Source of the DNA: Patescibacteria group bacterium
GTDB taxonomy: Bacteria; Patescibacteriota; Minisyncoccia; Phycocordibacterales; BOKC01
Length of the DNA: 64,000 bases
NCBI GenBank assembly: GCA_038062955.1
Contig: JBBTWE010000001.1
Location: forward strand, 320,038 to 384,037
Direction: 5' to 3'
Notes under the pieces: model-generated
What the model was told of the DNA's origin: nothing
What the model saw: only the letters and a program-made list of their open reading frames with translations
Database searches by the model: none
In this document: piece by piece, positions 36,875 to 46,535 of the stretch
Layout: each line of letters starts with the position of its first letter
Numbering within the stretch: position 1 is the stretch's first letter
Translations under genes and position numbers: made by a program

Positions 36875-38323
36875 TTATCCAAATAGCTTGTAAAAGGCCT
36901 CCAGAACTACACGATAAGAGAAATATGCAAAAAATACTGATATTAACACCATGACGAAGTTTGTGAAGAATGAGGGGCGGAGTGGTTTTGCGAGCCGCGT
37001 GTTATTTATGTAGATGAGAAAAGGTGTGTAGAGCGCCATAGAAAGCCCGGACAGCACTCCGGAAATAACAAGTAGCGTCAGCGGTTGCTCAAAGAGAACA
37101 AGCACCGCGCCAAGAAGCGCGACAATAATGATCGTGCCATAGTAGAGCTGGCCGATTGAGAAACGTTCAAATTTTGAAAAAGCTTTTTTGTACTTTCCGG
37201 CTCGGGCATTGGTGTAAATAATATCTGAAACAATGCGCGTCAGCGCGTCTATCACCGTCCACATGACAGAAAAGAGCATGAGAAATGCCATGACCAAAAA
37301 TAATTTAAATCCTATCGGACCGAGCACATCCCCGAAGATATGCGCCTGCACAACAGCTATATCGAGTCCTTCCGGAACCAGTCCTTTTGGTGTGAGCACG
37401 GCATAGGCATTTGTTGCCAAAAGCACAAGCGTGGTAAACCCGAGCGCGAAAAAAATAATACCTTGATCGATGTTGACGTAACGCATCCACGCGCGCCAGT
37501 TTTTCATATTTTCCGCATTGTCCATGTCAAAGGTGTATCCCGTTGCGGAAACTGCTTCGTTTCTTCCCGTAATAGGGTTGGTGACCCTTCCTATATATGA
37601 ACCCATTCCCACTTGTTTGTCTCGATACCAAAGGGATACCGCAAGATTAAGCATGCCTCCCGCTCCGGCAAATACGACCGCGCTGAGCAATACAAAAGTG
37701 TTGACGCCTTCAGGAATCGTGCCGAACGAAACAATCCCCTTAAGAGCCGCTCCAACGTCAGCCAAAGAAAGATTAAAAAAACTGATGGCAACAAGCAATA
37801 TAAAAAAAGTAGGGACCGTTATCTTCAGTGATTTCTCAAGCATTGTGTACGCCACACGCCCGCTAAATGTGAGAACAAGCACGAGAACAAGGGTAGCCCA
37901 TGACCATATAAGATGAGTCCCAAATCCGAAAAGTTCGGTGAGTGTGGTTCCGATTGCCGATGCCCATGCAGGCCAAATGTAAAGAATGATCGCGGCGAAC
38001 AGCCAGAAAAAAACAGACCATTGCACGACACGAGCCGAGGTTGTGAAAAATCCTTCGCCCGTTGCAACTTCATGACGAGCTACTTCTTTGTTGATGAAAT
38101 ACTGAAAACCAATGCCAAGCAAAGCAAGCCACAACAGAGTAAGTCCATGCTTAGTAACCAAATGAGGCCAGAGGATAAGCTCCCCGGTACCGATACCCAG
38201 ACCCATCACAACGATACCAACACCAATCGCCTTGCTCCAGTGCGGCGGTTTAGGGAGTGGTCGTTTTTCTAAAGCAGGATAGTTGTCCATTGCAATAGGT
38301 TTCATTATAACCTTTTTTGCCAT
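36875..38323 (-). CDS. Polytopic membrane transporter of about 11-12 TM segments, with an Nramp/MntH-like pattern. It is moderately GC-rich.
   Basis: The spacing of the G..G..G...LLW..L..G..Q...R....TG pattern in TM1-2 resembles Nramp. No definitive DPGN motif was found. Confidence 0.45.
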   Translation of the reverse strand: MAKKVIMKPIAMDNYPALEKRPLPKPPHWSKAIGVGIVVMGLGIGTGELILWPHLVTKHGLTLLWLALLGIGFQYFINKEVARHEVATGEGFFTTSARVVQWSVFFWLFAAIILYIWPAWASAIGTTLTELFGFGTHLIWSWATLVLVLVLTFSGRVAYTMLEKSLKITVPTFFILLVAISFFNLSLADVGAALKGIVSFGTIPEGVNTFVLLSAVVFAGAGGMLNLAVSLWYRDKQVGMGSYIGRVTNPITGRNEAVSATGYTFDMDNAENMKNWRAWMRYVNIDQGIIFFALGFTTLVLLATNAYAVLTPKGLVPEGLDIAVVQAHIFGDVLGPIGFKLFLVMAFLMLFSVMWTVIDALTRIVSDIIYTNARAGKYKKAFSKFERFSIGQLYYGTIIIVALLGAVLVLFEQPLTLLVISGVLSGLSMALYTPFLIYINNTRLAKPLRPSFFTNFVMVLISVFFAYFSYRVVLEAFYKLFG

Positions 38324-38356
38324 GAATTATCAGAGTGACGATTACATGTGTGAAAA

Positions 38357-38887
38357 TTAATTCAGCGACCAAATTGCGTAGTTTAAGTACATTGCAAAGC
38401 TGACCCAAAGAATATATGGCACGAGAAGCCACGCTGCCAGTTTGCCGTGTCCCGCCGTAGTCCAAATACTGGACGAAGGAGGAGATATTTTTGCGAAAGC
38501 AATAATCGTGGCGAAAATGGCAAGCCAGAGGAATACAATCTCAATAAGCGCGCCGCCCGGGCTGTGCAGGCCGAAAAAGATAATTGACCAGAGTGTGTTT
38601 AAGACGAGCTGAATCCCAAACAAAACTAACGCAACTTTAATCCCTTTCTTTTTATCCTCCGAAGCCTTGGTGTAGGAGGACCAAATAAGAAAAAGTGAAA
38701 TGCCCATGAGAGCAAAGAGTGTTGTCCAAACCGGACCGAATATCCATGCTGGAGGATTGAGCACTGGTTTGACGATCCCCGCATACCATCCGTCAATGGA
38801 TGGCGTGGTAAAAAACGCGCCAATAATTCCCGCCACTTCAGATACCGCTATAGCGATAATGAGTTTAAAAAAGTTATTTATACGCAT
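38357..38887 (-). CDS. tspO: TspO/MBR tryptophan-rich sensory protein
   Basis: The motifs WYAGIVKPVLNPPAWIFGPVWTTLFALMG and LVLNTLWSIIFF are present. Five TM segments. Confidence 0.85.
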   Translation of the reverse strand: MRINNFFKLIIAIAVSEVAGIIGAFFTTPSIDGWYAGIVKPVLNPPAWIFGPVWTTLFALMGISLFLIWSSYTKASEDKKKGIKVALVLFGIQLVLNTLWSIIFFGLHSPGGALIEIVFLWLAIFATIIAFAKISPPSSSIWTTAGHGKLAAWLLVPYILWVSFAMYLNYAIWSLN

Positions 38888-39048
38888 AAGTGAATTTTAT
38901 CACTTTCTATGTGTTATGGTTATGGGCTTTTTCAACTATTTATCCCTTACAAAAAATCTACTGGATATAAAATAAAGGAGACACCGCTAAAAGAGCCGAT
39001 TGCTCCGAGGGTAGGAATTTCTCCGTATTACAGAAACAAAAAATGAAC

Positions 39049-39774
39049 TTAGAATCTCCTGTTGTAGAGATCGTCTTGGTCTTTCTCAAACACACCTCTA
39101 GGTCGATCCACCCAACCGAACGACTCAAAAATCCACGACACCGTATCTATTGACAGTTTCTTGTGTTCAAAAAGAATTTCCTCATTTGTAAACTCTTTCT
39201 CGAAAGGTACAACATTATCATGTGCCTTATAGTCCATAAATAAATCAGCACGCATAAAATCAAAAACCTTTAAGACTCTTCCTTTGGTATTTACCAACCC
39301 TATAGATATTTTTATTCCATCATCATAAACGCCAAGCTTTGCCATTCTGTGAGCAAATTCAAAAATTTCTGTAACAGTGTAAATGGCAGAGATGGTTCCA
39401 AACGCATCCCCAGATTTAAGTGCTTTTAAATCTGGTCTAGTTACCCAGGCGTCTTCAGCCCACCAATCCTCATCCATTGCAAATAAGTGGATAAACTGAC
39501 CACTTTGGTAAAATCGCCAAAATTCAATCTGTGTGTTCCAATCACACCCACCCTCGATATAGTCTTTTCCGATAACAACCTCACGACTTTGTGGTTTTTC
39601 CCAATGACTCAAGTGCGGATAATCCCAGCCTCTCAGTTTCACTCTGTAATTGGTTACCATATCAATTAACTGCTTCCTGTCTGGAATAAGAAGTTGATTG
39701 AATTTAAGAGGTGTGAATTGAACCTTCCAATAGCCTCTTGATTTAATTTTGTCTAGTAGTTCTTTTTCGGTCAT
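39049..39774 (-). CDS. Hypothetical protein (241 aa, Trp/Asp-rich). It is translationally coupled (ATGA overlap) to the upstream AlbA_2 gene.
   Basis: There is a 4-nt overlap with 39771..40346. No known domain was recognised. Confidence 0.55.
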   Translation of the reverse strand: MTEKELLDKIKSRGYWKVQFTPLKFNQLLIPDRKQLIDMVTNYRVKLRGWDYPHLSHWEKPQSREVVIGKDYIEGGCDWNTQIEFWRFYQSGQFIHLFAMDEDWWAEDAWVTRPDLKALKSGDAFGTISAIYTVTEIFEFAHRMAKLGVYDDGIKISIGLVNTKGRVLKVFDFMRADLFMDYKAHDNVVPFEKEFTNEEILFEHKKLSIDTVSWIFESFGWVDRPRGVFEKDQDDLYNRRF

Positions 39775-40346
39775 ATGTTTAAATCCTCAATCTGACTAAG
39801 AAAGCTGTTCGCGGCACTCTCACTAATAGCTCGATTCCAACCACGCTTCTTGAGGTTCTCATTCATTTTGTCAGTTGCCAATTCAACCAACTCTCTCATA
39901 TGGGCGGAATCTGGAACCTCAACAGTTTCAGGTCTTCGGTTTCTTGTTCGGATATAAATTGCACCTTTCCTGAAACCATCACCTTCTTTTTTGCAGATGA
40001 CGGGCATCTCTGAAAATTCTCTAACAGTGAAAACAACGTAGTTCTTACTCTCATGTTCAACTATATCTACGCTAAAATTTGCATACGGGTCAGCATACCT
40101 TGAGACGTAATCCTTTATTACATCCTCTTTGTAAGAGGTTAGGTGTTCTGCTTTTACTCCAACCAGCTTCCCAGAATTATCTATACCAACGATAAGATTT
40201 CCACCTTCTCGTGTATTGGTAGCCGCTAGAATAAATTTGGTCAATTTGTTTTTTAGGCTACTATCCCAAGACTCCGATTCCTTGAATTCTAGAGATATAC
40301 TTTCTTTTCCTGACTCAATTATTCTTTTAAAATTATCGATGGTCAT
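39771..40346 (-). CDS. AlbA_2 (Schlafen-like / divergent AAA-4 N-terminal) domain protein
   Basis: ESISLEFKESE...ILAATNTREGGNLIVGIDNSGKLVGV matches the AlbA_2 core (LEFK ... AfANtxGGxlliGV.D.G.ivGv). Confidence 0.7.
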   Translation of the reverse strand: MTIDNFKRIIESGKESISLEFKESESWDSSLKNKLTKFILAATNTREGGNLIVGIDNSGKLVGVKAEHLTSYKEDVIKDYVSRYADPYANFSVDIVEHESKNYVVFTVREFSEMPVICKKEGDGFRKGAIYIRTRNRRPETVEVPDSAHMRELVELATDKMNENLKKRGWNRAISESAANSFLSQIEDLNI

Positions 40347-40499
40347 GAGTGTAGTACAAAGAGAAATTATGGATTATTCAAAATCAAATAACAACACTCC
40401 AGATAGAGAACCTTTTTCTTTTAGTATAAATGAATTGTGTATGATTTTATTTGTCAATTGGGTATTGGTATGTAAAGCATTGTAAAGTATAATGTATTT

Positions 40500-40676
40500 A
40501 TGCCTGAAAAGGAATTTTACAGAGCGGAGGATCTGGCGAGATTATTGGAGGTAAATATTATGACGATTTACCGATACATTAAGGCTCGGCGCTTGAAAGC
40601 GTACAAGATTGGACGCGAATTTCGTATTGAAAAAAAAGAATTCGAATCATTTTTAAATAAAGTGAGCACAAAATAG
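40500..40676 (+). CDS. Small excisionase/MerR-type HTH DNA-binding protein (58 aa). It is a candidate controller of the R-M operon.
   Basis: LARLLEVNIMTIYRYIKARRLKAYKIGREFRIEKKEF fits the HTH_17 / excisionase pattern. The gene ends 2 nt before the R-M start. A TATAAT lies at 40486. Confidence 0.6.
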   Translation: MPEKEFYRAEDLARLLEVNIMTIYRYIKARRLKAYKIGREFRIEKKEFESFLNKVSTK

Positions 40677-40678
40677 TT

Positions 40679-43666
40679 ATGAGCAAAATATTATTAGAAA
40701 AACTTGTTGCGAAATATGACTCGGATAGAGAGCATTATTTGTCTTCTCATTACAATGAGACGCAATTAAGAGCCGATTTTCTTGACCCTCTGTTTGACCT
40801 ACTGGGATGGGATATAAGAAACACCGAAGGAAAACCAACAAACGAAAGAGAAGTTTTGTTGGAAGAAGGTTTAAAAGAAGATGTTGCATCTAATACAAAG
40901 AAACCTGATTACACCTTCAGGTTGTTCTCCGAAAGAAAATTTTATCTTGAAGCAAAGAAACCGAACGTCAAAATTGAAACAGACACAGAACCAGCAAAGC
41001 AAATTAGACGCTACGGGTTTACTGGAAAATTAAAGATTTCAGTCTTATCTAATTTTGAATATTTAGCTATTTACGATTGTTCTGAAAAGGTAGAAGAATC
41101 AGACAGTGTCTCAAAATCAAGAATAAAGATTTACCACTACAAGGAGTACGCAGAAGCTTTTGAGGAAATTCAAAAGGAACTTGGGCGTGAAAGTGTATAC
41201 AGTGGGGCTTTTGATAAAACTTGGGAGCATATTGAGGAAAGACTAAAACTGTTTAGCGTTGACAGTCTGTTTCTTAATCAAATTAACCAATGGAGACTGG
41301 TCTTGGGAAAAGAAATCTTTAGTCTTAGAAATGACTTAAATGAGGCACAGCTAAACGATATCGTCCAAAGATATATCAACAGCATCATCTTTTTAAGGGT
41401 TCTAGAGGACAGAAACCTTGAAGATTATAAAACCCTATTGGGTATTGCCAGTGCTGATAATTTCAAAGATTTGGTCGAAAAATTCAATCAAGCCGACAAG
41501 AAATACAACTCTGGTCTTTTCAATCATGGTTTAACGGAAGAAATTATAACCAATAATAGCTCGGCTTTTTGGTTGATTATCAAACAACTTTATTATCCTG
41601 AAAGCACTTATTCGTTCGCTGTCTTTGCCTCCGATATTTTAGGAAATATATATGAAATATTTTTGGCTCAATACCTCGCTATTAAAGACGGTGAGGTTAC
41701 TTTAGAGAAAAAGCCTGACCATATTGGTAGAGATGTTGTAACAACGCCAACTTACATTATTCAAGACATTCTTCGGCAGACTGTTCGCGAGTACTGTAAT
41801 CAGAAAACAGACAAAGAAATTCTAGCTTCTAAATTTGCGGATATTGCTTGTGGTTCAGGAGCCTTTCTGCTTGAAACTTATCAATTGGTAAGTGACATTT
41901 TGATTGACTACTATATCGCGAATTCCCCAGAGGTTCTTATTCAAACAGGAGTAAGTACCTACAAACTTCCATTTGAGCTAAAAAGAAAAGTTCTCGAATC
42001 TTGTTTATTTGGAATCGATAAAGATTTTAATGCTGTTGAAGCATGTAAATTCGGACTCCTACTAAAACTTCTTGAAGATGAAAACAATTCAAGTATCCCT
42101 ACCCCAGCATTACCAGAAATATCAAACGTAATACATTTTGGTAACAGCTTGGTTGAAAGTTCTGAAACAACAGAAGCAAGTCGTTCAACAATTAATCCAT
42201 TTGATTTTAAAGACATTAAGTTCGATGTGGTAGTTGGAAACCCGCCATACATGACTACCGAAGACATGAAGGAACTCACTCCTTTAGAACTTCCTTTATA
42301 CAAAGAGAAATTCTCAACTGCATACAAACAGTTTGATAAGTATTTCTTATTCGTTGAAATGGCTTATCGTCTTCTCGATGAGAATGGATATTTAGGATAT
42401 ATCGTACCGAGTAAGTTTACAAAGGTGGGTTCAGCGAAGATGCTTCGTGAATTACTAAAGAGCAATAAAGCTGTAAGTAAACTTATTTCCTTTGGCGCGA
42501 ACCAGATTTTTGAAGATAAAACTACGTATACTTGTTTGCTAATTGTTCAGAAGAAAGAACACCCTTCTTTTGAGTTTTTGGAAGTTAGAGATTTATTAGA
42601 TTGGAAAACTCGAAATATTAAGCAAGAAGAGTTTGAATCAGTTGCATTTGATGAATTGGAGGAAGATTGGGTTCTTGTTGCAGGAAAACTCAAAGAGGTT
42701 TATGAGAGAATAAACTCACAGAGCATTACTCTTTCTGAACTAATTGGTGATGAAAATATTTACAATGGCATTCAAACCAGTGCCAATGACATATATATCA
42801 ATACGCCCAAGAAAGAAGATAAGCGATACTTCTATTTTCAGAAGGATGGCAAAGACTGGACAATAGAGAAAAAGCTTACAAAGCCATACTTTAAGACATC
42901 GGGTGGTGTAGATAATTTAAATACTTATCGCTCATTGAAAGCAAATTCCTTTGTTATTTACCCATACGAAAAAACTCCAACGGGTGAAATTCAATTTATC
43001 GAAATTAGCCGATTGATGACCGAGTTTCCAAAAGCCTATGAATATCTATCTGCATATAAAGATAAGTTAAGCGCATCTACAAGAGATATTAAGCCCGAAC
43101 CTACTACCCCAGATGAGTGGTACAGATACGGTAGACATCAATCTTTAGACAAGTGTGACGTACCAGCAAAAATAATTGTAGGCGTTCTCTCTCAAGGTAA
43201 TAAATATGCAATTGATTACTCTGGCGCTTTGATTTCTTCTGGTGGTACCGCAGGTTACTGCATGATAACTCTCCCGTCTGATTGTGAATATTCGATTTAT
43301 TACATTCAAGCACTTCTAAATTCAAAATATCTTGAATGGTACTCCGCCCTATATGGTGAAGTATTCAGAGGTGGATACGTAGCTAGAGGAACAAAGGTTC
43401 TTAAAAAACTCCCGATACGAGTGATTGATTTTACAAACCCTAGTGAGAAAGAACTTCACGACGAGATATCTCATATAGAAGAGGGTTTAATTAAGACTCA
43501 AGAAAAAATTGACCAAAATTTAAGCAATGAGCGAGAGTTAGTACCATTGCAAAGAGAGTTCGATTCTATGAAAAAGGAATTAGAAATTTCCTTAAAGAAA
43601 CTATATGGACTCGGAGAAAGCGACCAAAAGATTCCATTGATATCTCAAATATATGAAACTGATTAA
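40679..43666 (+). CDS. Type IIG restriction-modification enzyme of the Eco57I/MmeI type. It has an N-terminal PD-ExK nuclease (D..EAK), a central gamma-class N6-adenine MTase and a C-terminal TRD.
   Basis: The nuclease motif is PDYTFRLFSERKFYLEAKK. The MTase motifs are DIACGSGAFL (motif I) and VVGNPPYM (motif IV). Length is 995 aa (Eco57I is 997 aa). Confidence 0.85.
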   Translation: MSKILLEKLVAKYDSDREHYLSSHYNETQLRADFLDPLFDLLGWDIRNTEGKPTNEREVLLEEGLKEDVASNTKKPDYTFRLFSERKFYLEAKKPNVKIETDTEPAKQIRRYGFTGKLKISVLSNFEYLAIYDCSEKVEESDSVSKSRIKIYHYKEYAEAFEEIQKELGRESVYSGAFDKTWEHIEERLKLFSVDSLFLNQINQWRLVLGKEIFSLRNDLNEAQLNDIVQRYINSIIFLRVLEDRNLEDYKTLLGIASADNFKDLVEKFNQADKKYNSGLFNHGLTEEIITNNSSAFWLIIKQLYYPESTYSFAVFASDILGNIYEIFLAQYLAIKDGEVTLEKKPDHIGRDVVTTPTYIIQDILRQTVREYCNQKTDKEILASKFADIACGSGAFLLETYQLVSDILIDYYIANSPEVLIQTGVSTYKLPFELKRKVLESCLFGIDKDFNAVEACKFGLLLKLLEDENNSSIPTPALPEISNVIHFGNSLVESSETTEASRSTINPFDFKDIKFDVVVGNPPYMTTEDMKELTPLELPLYKEKFSTAYKQFDKYFLFVEMAYRLLDENGYLGYIVPSKFTKVGSAKMLRELLKSNKAVSKLISFGANQIFEDKTTYTCLLIVQKKEHPSFEFLEVRDLLDWKTRNIKQEEFESVAFDELEEDWVLVAGKLKEVYERINSQSITLSELIGDENIYNGIQTSANDIYINTPKKEDKRYFYFQKDGKDWTIEKKLTKPYFKTSGGVDNLNTYRSLKANSFVIYPYEKTPTGEIQFIEISRLMTEFPKAYEYLSAYKDKLSASTRDIKPEPTTPDEWYRYGRHQSLDKCDVPAKIIVGVLSQGNKYAIDYSGALISSGGTAGYCMITLPSDCEYSIYYIQALLNSKYLEWYSALYGEVFRGGYVARGTKVLKKLPIRVIDFTNPSEKELHDEISHIEEGLIKTQEKIDQNLSNERELVPLQREFDSMKKELEISLKKLYGLGESDQKIPLISQIYETD

Positions 43667-45257
43667 AAGTGCCACAAAAGAAAAATTGCGGGGCGGTTTC
43701 TATACCCCAAACAGTATTGTCTCATTTATTTTGAAATGGGGTTTTAATGGTAATCCTAAAATGGATATATTGGAGCCAAGTTGTGGAGATGGCGTATTTC
43801 TTGAGGAAATCAGAAATGGTGCATACAAATACAACTCAATAACAGGTGTAGAACTTGATAAAAAGGAAGCTGAAAAATCTCGGAACCTTAATGTAAAAAA
43901 AACCACAATAGTTAATTCTGACTTCCATAAGTATTGCTTACAAACAGATGATAAGTTTGATTTTATTGTCGGAAACCCACCTTACATTCGGTTCCAATAC
44001 TTCGATAAAAAACAGCAACAATTTGCATCTAAAATTTTTGATAAGGCTGGCTTAAAATATTCAAAGCTTACAAACGCTTGGGTTTCTTTCGTCGTTGGCT
44101 CAAGTCTGCTTCTAAAAGAGAATGGGAAACTGGGCTTTGTTTTACCTGCTGAAATATTACAGGTTTCGTACGCACAACCATTGAGAGAATTTCTATCCCA
44201 CTTCTACAACAAAATAACAATCGTTTCTTTTAAGAAGCTAGTCTTTCCTGATATACAACAAGAAGTGGTTTTGCTTTTATGCGAAAAGAATAAAACAGAC
44301 TCTCATTTGATTGAACATATTGAGCTGACAGATGCAGACGAACTATCTAAAACTGATATTTATAAATTTAAAACACCGCAAAAGAAAATAGATTTTAAAA
44401 CCAACAAATGGACATTCTATTTCTTAAACCAAAAAGAGATAGATTTTCTACTAAAATTAAAAGAGAAGAAGACCATCCCAACACTGGGTGAGCATACCAA
44501 AGTAGAGGTTGGTATTACTACTGGAGCGAATCCATTTTTCACTGTGCCTCTTTCCACCGTGAAGTCTTATGAAATGGAAGACTTTGCTTATCCAATGGTT
44601 GGGAGAAGCGTGCAGGTTCCCAGCGTGATTTTCACTAAAAAGGACTGGAGTGAGAATAATAAAAAAGATTCTAGGTCTCATCTGTTGGTATTTCCAAAAA
44701 TGGCTGATTTAAAAAATAGAACTGGTGCAAAGAAATATATTAAAAGTGGTGAATCCGAAAAACTACATGAAGGATATAAGAATAAAATACGAGACGAGTG
44801 GCAGATTGTCCCTTCATTAAGAATCTCCGATGCTCTCTTCATCCGTAGAAATAATCTTTACCCAAAGCTAATCATCAATAGCGCAAAGGCATATACCACT
44901 GACACTATGCATAGAGTAACCCTCAACAAGGGTGTGGACACCGAAGCTTTAGTAGCAAGTTATTACAACTCGCTTTCTTTAGCATTTGCAGAGATATCTG
45001 GTCGTAGTCATGGTGGCGGTGTTTTGGAACTCATGCCAAATGAAGCGGAAGAAATTCTTGTTCCATATCATAAAAATAACACTAAATTACTACCCATTAT
45101 TGATGAAATGATGCGTGCTAAAAAAAACATCTCGGAGATACTAAAAGTAACAAATCAAAAGATTTTAAAAGATAATTACGGTTTTTCTACGGCAGATATC
45201 GAATTGGTTGATGGTATTCGAAAGAAGTTATCTGAAAGAAGGTTAAATAGAAGTTAA
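43653..45257 (+). CDS. Companion N6-adenine DNA methyltransferase (M.Eco57I-like) with a C-terminal TRD
   Basis: The motifs EPSCGDGVFL and IVGNPPYI are present. It overlaps the R-M gene by 14 nt. Length is 534 aa. Confidence 0.85.
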   Translation: MKLIKSATKEKLRGGFYTPNSIVSFILKWGFNGNPKMDILEPSCGDGVFLEEIRNGAYKYNSITGVELDKKEAEKSRNLNVKKTTIVNSDFHKYCLQTDDKFDFIVGNPPYIRFQYFDKKQQQFASKIFDKAGLKYSKLTNAWVSFVVGSSLLLKENGKLGFVLPAEILQVSYAQPLREFLSHFYNKITIVSFKKLVFPDIQQEVVLLLCEKNKTDSHLIEHIELTDADELSKTDIYKFKTPQKKIDFKTNKWTFYFLNQKEIDFLLKLKEKKTIPTLGEHTKVEVGITTGANPFFTVPLSTVKSYEMEDFAYPMVGRSVQVPSVIFTKKDWSENNKKDSRSHLLVFPKMADLKNRTGAKKYIKSGESEKLHEGYKNKIRDEWQIVPSLRISDALFIRRNNLYPKLIINSAKAYTTDTMHRVTLNKGVDTEALVASYYNSLSLAFAEISGRSHGGGVLELMPNEAEEILVPYHKNNTKLLPIIDEMMRAKKNISEILKVTNQKILKDNYGFSTADIELVDGIRKKLSERRLNRS

Positions 45258-45259
45258 TT

Positions 45260-45376
45260 ATGAAAGCAATAAACGTCTCACGTGTATCAACAGAAGAACA
45301 AAAGGAAGCAGGAAATTCTCTACCTGCTCAAGTTGAGCGTATAAGAAAGTCTGTGAACGAAAAAGTTTTGATCTGA
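45260..45376 (+). pseudogene. Serine recombinase (resolvase/invertase) N-terminal fragment. It is 38 codons long and includes the catalytic Ser.
   Basis: MKAINVSRVSTEEQKEAGNSLPAQVERI matches the resolvase N-terminus (MxxxxYxRVSTxEQ..SLxxQ). A stop codon follows codon 38. Confidence 0.6.
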
Positions 45377-45610
45377 CATAAATTTATTTCTTCTTTTTCT
45401 TTACCCCCCCTACCAAAAACGCCTTTGGTGTGGGAGTTTATATTACTCGTCTCCTCCAAAAAAGCGTTTAAGTCTGATTCTTTGATCCGCCAAACACCGA
45501 CATAAAATTGCTTTAAGGGTTGATACCATTTTACCCCTTCTTAAATTCATTGTCGAAATCGCCGTCTTTTGTCATAAAAGAAAAATGTCGGCTTTCATTG
45601 ATATTTGCCT

Positions 45611-45655
45611 CCGCGGGTAGCCTGCCTGCCGGCAGGGAGTTTCTCTCTCTACGAG
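45611..45655. repeat. A 45-bp element (ctccgcgggtagcctgcctgccggcagggagtttctctct), the left member of an inverted pair with 49219..49262.
   Basis: The reverse complement matches 49219..49262 except for a 4-nt indel. The core is the CTGCCGGCAG palindrome. Confidence 0.65.
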
Positions 45656-45980
45656 AGCAGTATAGGTTTCCCATTTTTTCGGATTTAACATCCTCAAAAA
45701 TATGGGAGAACCTTTTCGAATCCTACCTCGCAAGCAAAATTATTTGCTTGCTCGCGAGTAGGAATTTCTTTCATTACATGAACAGTATACCTTTTGGCTA
45801 AAATTTTCATCCTCGACAAACTTGGATTCAATTTTAGGCTCAAAAGCTTTTCGAATCCTAACGAAGGTGCTATTCAAAGCACCTTCTCCCGCAGAAGCCA
45901 CAAATGACAAAATCCACCGAAAAGGTGGATTTGTGTCAGTGGCTCCGCGGGTAGGATTCGAACCTACGACCAATCGCTTA

Positions 45981-46535
45981 CATTTGTTCCAAAGTTGCCT
46001 TTGGCATGGACTATATCATCATCCTTCATCGGCTGTTTGCAGATGGATGGGATGTGAGGCGCTTCGACTGAATTTTTCAGGCTACTCTCTTTCGAGATAG
46101 TCTCTGAACCTTCCTGCTGATTAGCAGGCTTGGCTGCTGATTGCCCACGTGGGGTTTCCAGCAATTCACCTCATTTTTCATCCTAAATTCCTTTAGGAAG
46201 CTGCGTGATGCCGTCATGTATTTCCATGTGACAATTTGCACAAACGAGTACGCACTTCTTAATTTCCTCTTCGATTTTGGCCCAGGAACGTGTTATGCCT
46301 CCAGAAGCAAGATCGAATTTCTTTGTAGATGGATCGATATGGTGGAAACTAAGAGATCGTTGGCATTTTTTGTAACCACATATAAAACATTTACTGCCTT
46401 TCGTTGCTCTAGCCATTTCACGAAGTTTTCTTCTTCTTCGTTTTACAGCTTCTCGCATGTACTCGGCACGGTCGGCATAGGTTCTTTTTTCTTTCCTGGT
46501 ATACATTAATAAAGTATACCACAGAACCTTCTGAC
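45981..46535 (-). mobile_element. Group I intron (within the anticodon loop of the tRNA) carrying an HNH homing-endonuclease ORF.
   Basis: P7 strands GACUA / UAGUC (cagAGACTAtc ... atATAGTCc), GNRA-capped hairpins (tctcGAAAgaga, ccaaagGCAActttgg), a terminal omega-G and the HNH ORF are all present. Confidence 0.7.
46183..46506 (-). CDS. HNH homing endonuclease (intron-encoded)
   Basis: CFICGYKKC...SFHHIDP...N...CANCHMEIH is the C-x2-C/HH/N/C-x2-C-H HNH signature. Confidence 0.8.
   Translation of the reverse strand: MYTRKEKRTYADRAEYMREAVKRRRRKLREMARATKGSKCFICGYKKCQRSLSFHHIDPSTKKFDLASGGITRSWAKIEEEIKKCVLVCANCHMEIHDGITQLPKGI

Noticed and set aside
45260-45376. An intact serine recombinase gene
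   Set aside because: Only 38 codons (the catalytic N-terminus) precede a stop codon. No continuation is seen in any frame downstream, so it is annotated as a pseudogene fragment.
45700-45760. A second tRNA suggested by the ttcgaatcctacctcgc string
   Set aside because: The surrounding sequence folds into one long imperfect hairpin (CCTACCTCGCAAGCAA / TTGCTTGCTCGCGAGTAGG) and not a cloverleaf. No D-arm or anticodon arm is present.
45740-46164. ORFs 45740..45973 and 45964..46164 (minus strand) inside the tRNA locus
   Set aside because: They overlap the tRNA 3' exon and the group I core (P7-P9).
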